Shown here one piece after another: positions 63,380 through 64,000 of a stretch of 64,000 nucleotides of DNA. A program made the position numbers and the translations under genes. Within the stretch, counting starts at the first letter, position 1, and the number at the start of each line of letters is the position of its first letter. The notes below the pieces were generated by a model, which worked only from the letters and a program-made list of their open reading frames with translations, was not told the origin of the DNA and searched no databases. Origin of the DNA: Eledone cirrhosa (lineage: Eukaryota); contig OZ024746.1 in NCBI GenBank assembly GCA_964016885.1, positions 22,568,001 through 22,632,000 of the forward strand. The letters are read 5' to 3'.

Positions 63380-64000
63380 ACATTGAATGTCGCATCATAT
63401 CTCTCCGACAACATCTACGAACCTTGAAGCGTGGGAGCCCGTTTCTCGAGCAAGTCTATCTGCATGAAACAGATAAGATCATGAGAGTTGGGAAGGAACT
63501 CCTCGAGAGATATTCCCTGTATGATAATCAAAAACTCACACCCAGGGATGTCGCTCAGCAGTATCGCAGTGAATCCATGGATGAAAAACTGCATGCCTAT
63601 CAGCCAAAAATCATGGATATGTTACCAGGAAGCTCCAGAGTGAGAGTAATATAGATAAGGAAAGTAGTCTATCTTGGACCCAAAACCGCTATATTGGCTC
63701 CCACTTTGAAGGATACGCTTTTGCAATCCAGGAACAGGAGATTAGCACGAAATACCTGATTCACAAAAGAGATAGGGATGCAGGCAAAACACCTAGATGT
63801 GATAACAAGTGCAGACTCTGCAGAACTAACATCGAGGATATCACCCATGTCATCAGCAGCTGTCCAAAGATGTCATCGCGGTACTATCTACCTATGAGGC
63901 ATGATGTAGTGGCCAAAACACTGTACAATGCAGTTCGTAAAATAGATAGCCCTGATAATAAACACATTAAAAGCTACAGCAATGTGGAAGACATCCATGT
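63380..64000 (+). mobile_element. R4/Dong-type non-LTR retrotransposon fragment (runs off window)
   Basis: HGY...FEGYAFAIQEQEISTK...CRLC...HVISSC...RHDVVAK CCHC knuckle; frameshift near 63612. Confidence 0.85.

Overview
AT-rich, microsatellite- and SINE-dense eukaryotic DNA; the repeat landscape suggests a coleoid cephalopod, probably Octopus (inference). Most of the window (14761-57965, minus strand) holds one spliced gene that I assembled by hand into 25 phase-consistent GT-AG exons (3873 nt, ~1290 aa). It encodes a multi-RGS-domain protein of the RGS22/RGSL1 family. Introns and flanks carry a near-complete CR1 LINE ORF2 plus CR1 3' fragments, R4/Dong-type and RTE fragments, three SINE families, mariner-type MITEs, a 2.85 kb 50/58-bp satellite abutting a splice donor, and many microsatellites. 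The signal these features do not explain is a set of minimal type-I hammerhead ribozyme motifs (CUGANGA-stem II-GAAA-short, mostly palindromic stem III-UH). I find 9 with a complete core and several degenerate ones, from sequence-unrelated families. They usually sit in short inverted duplications next to (TA)n tracts, as expected for Penelope-like element or retrozyme-like remnants. All coordinates and folds were read by eye; no searches or folding programs were run.
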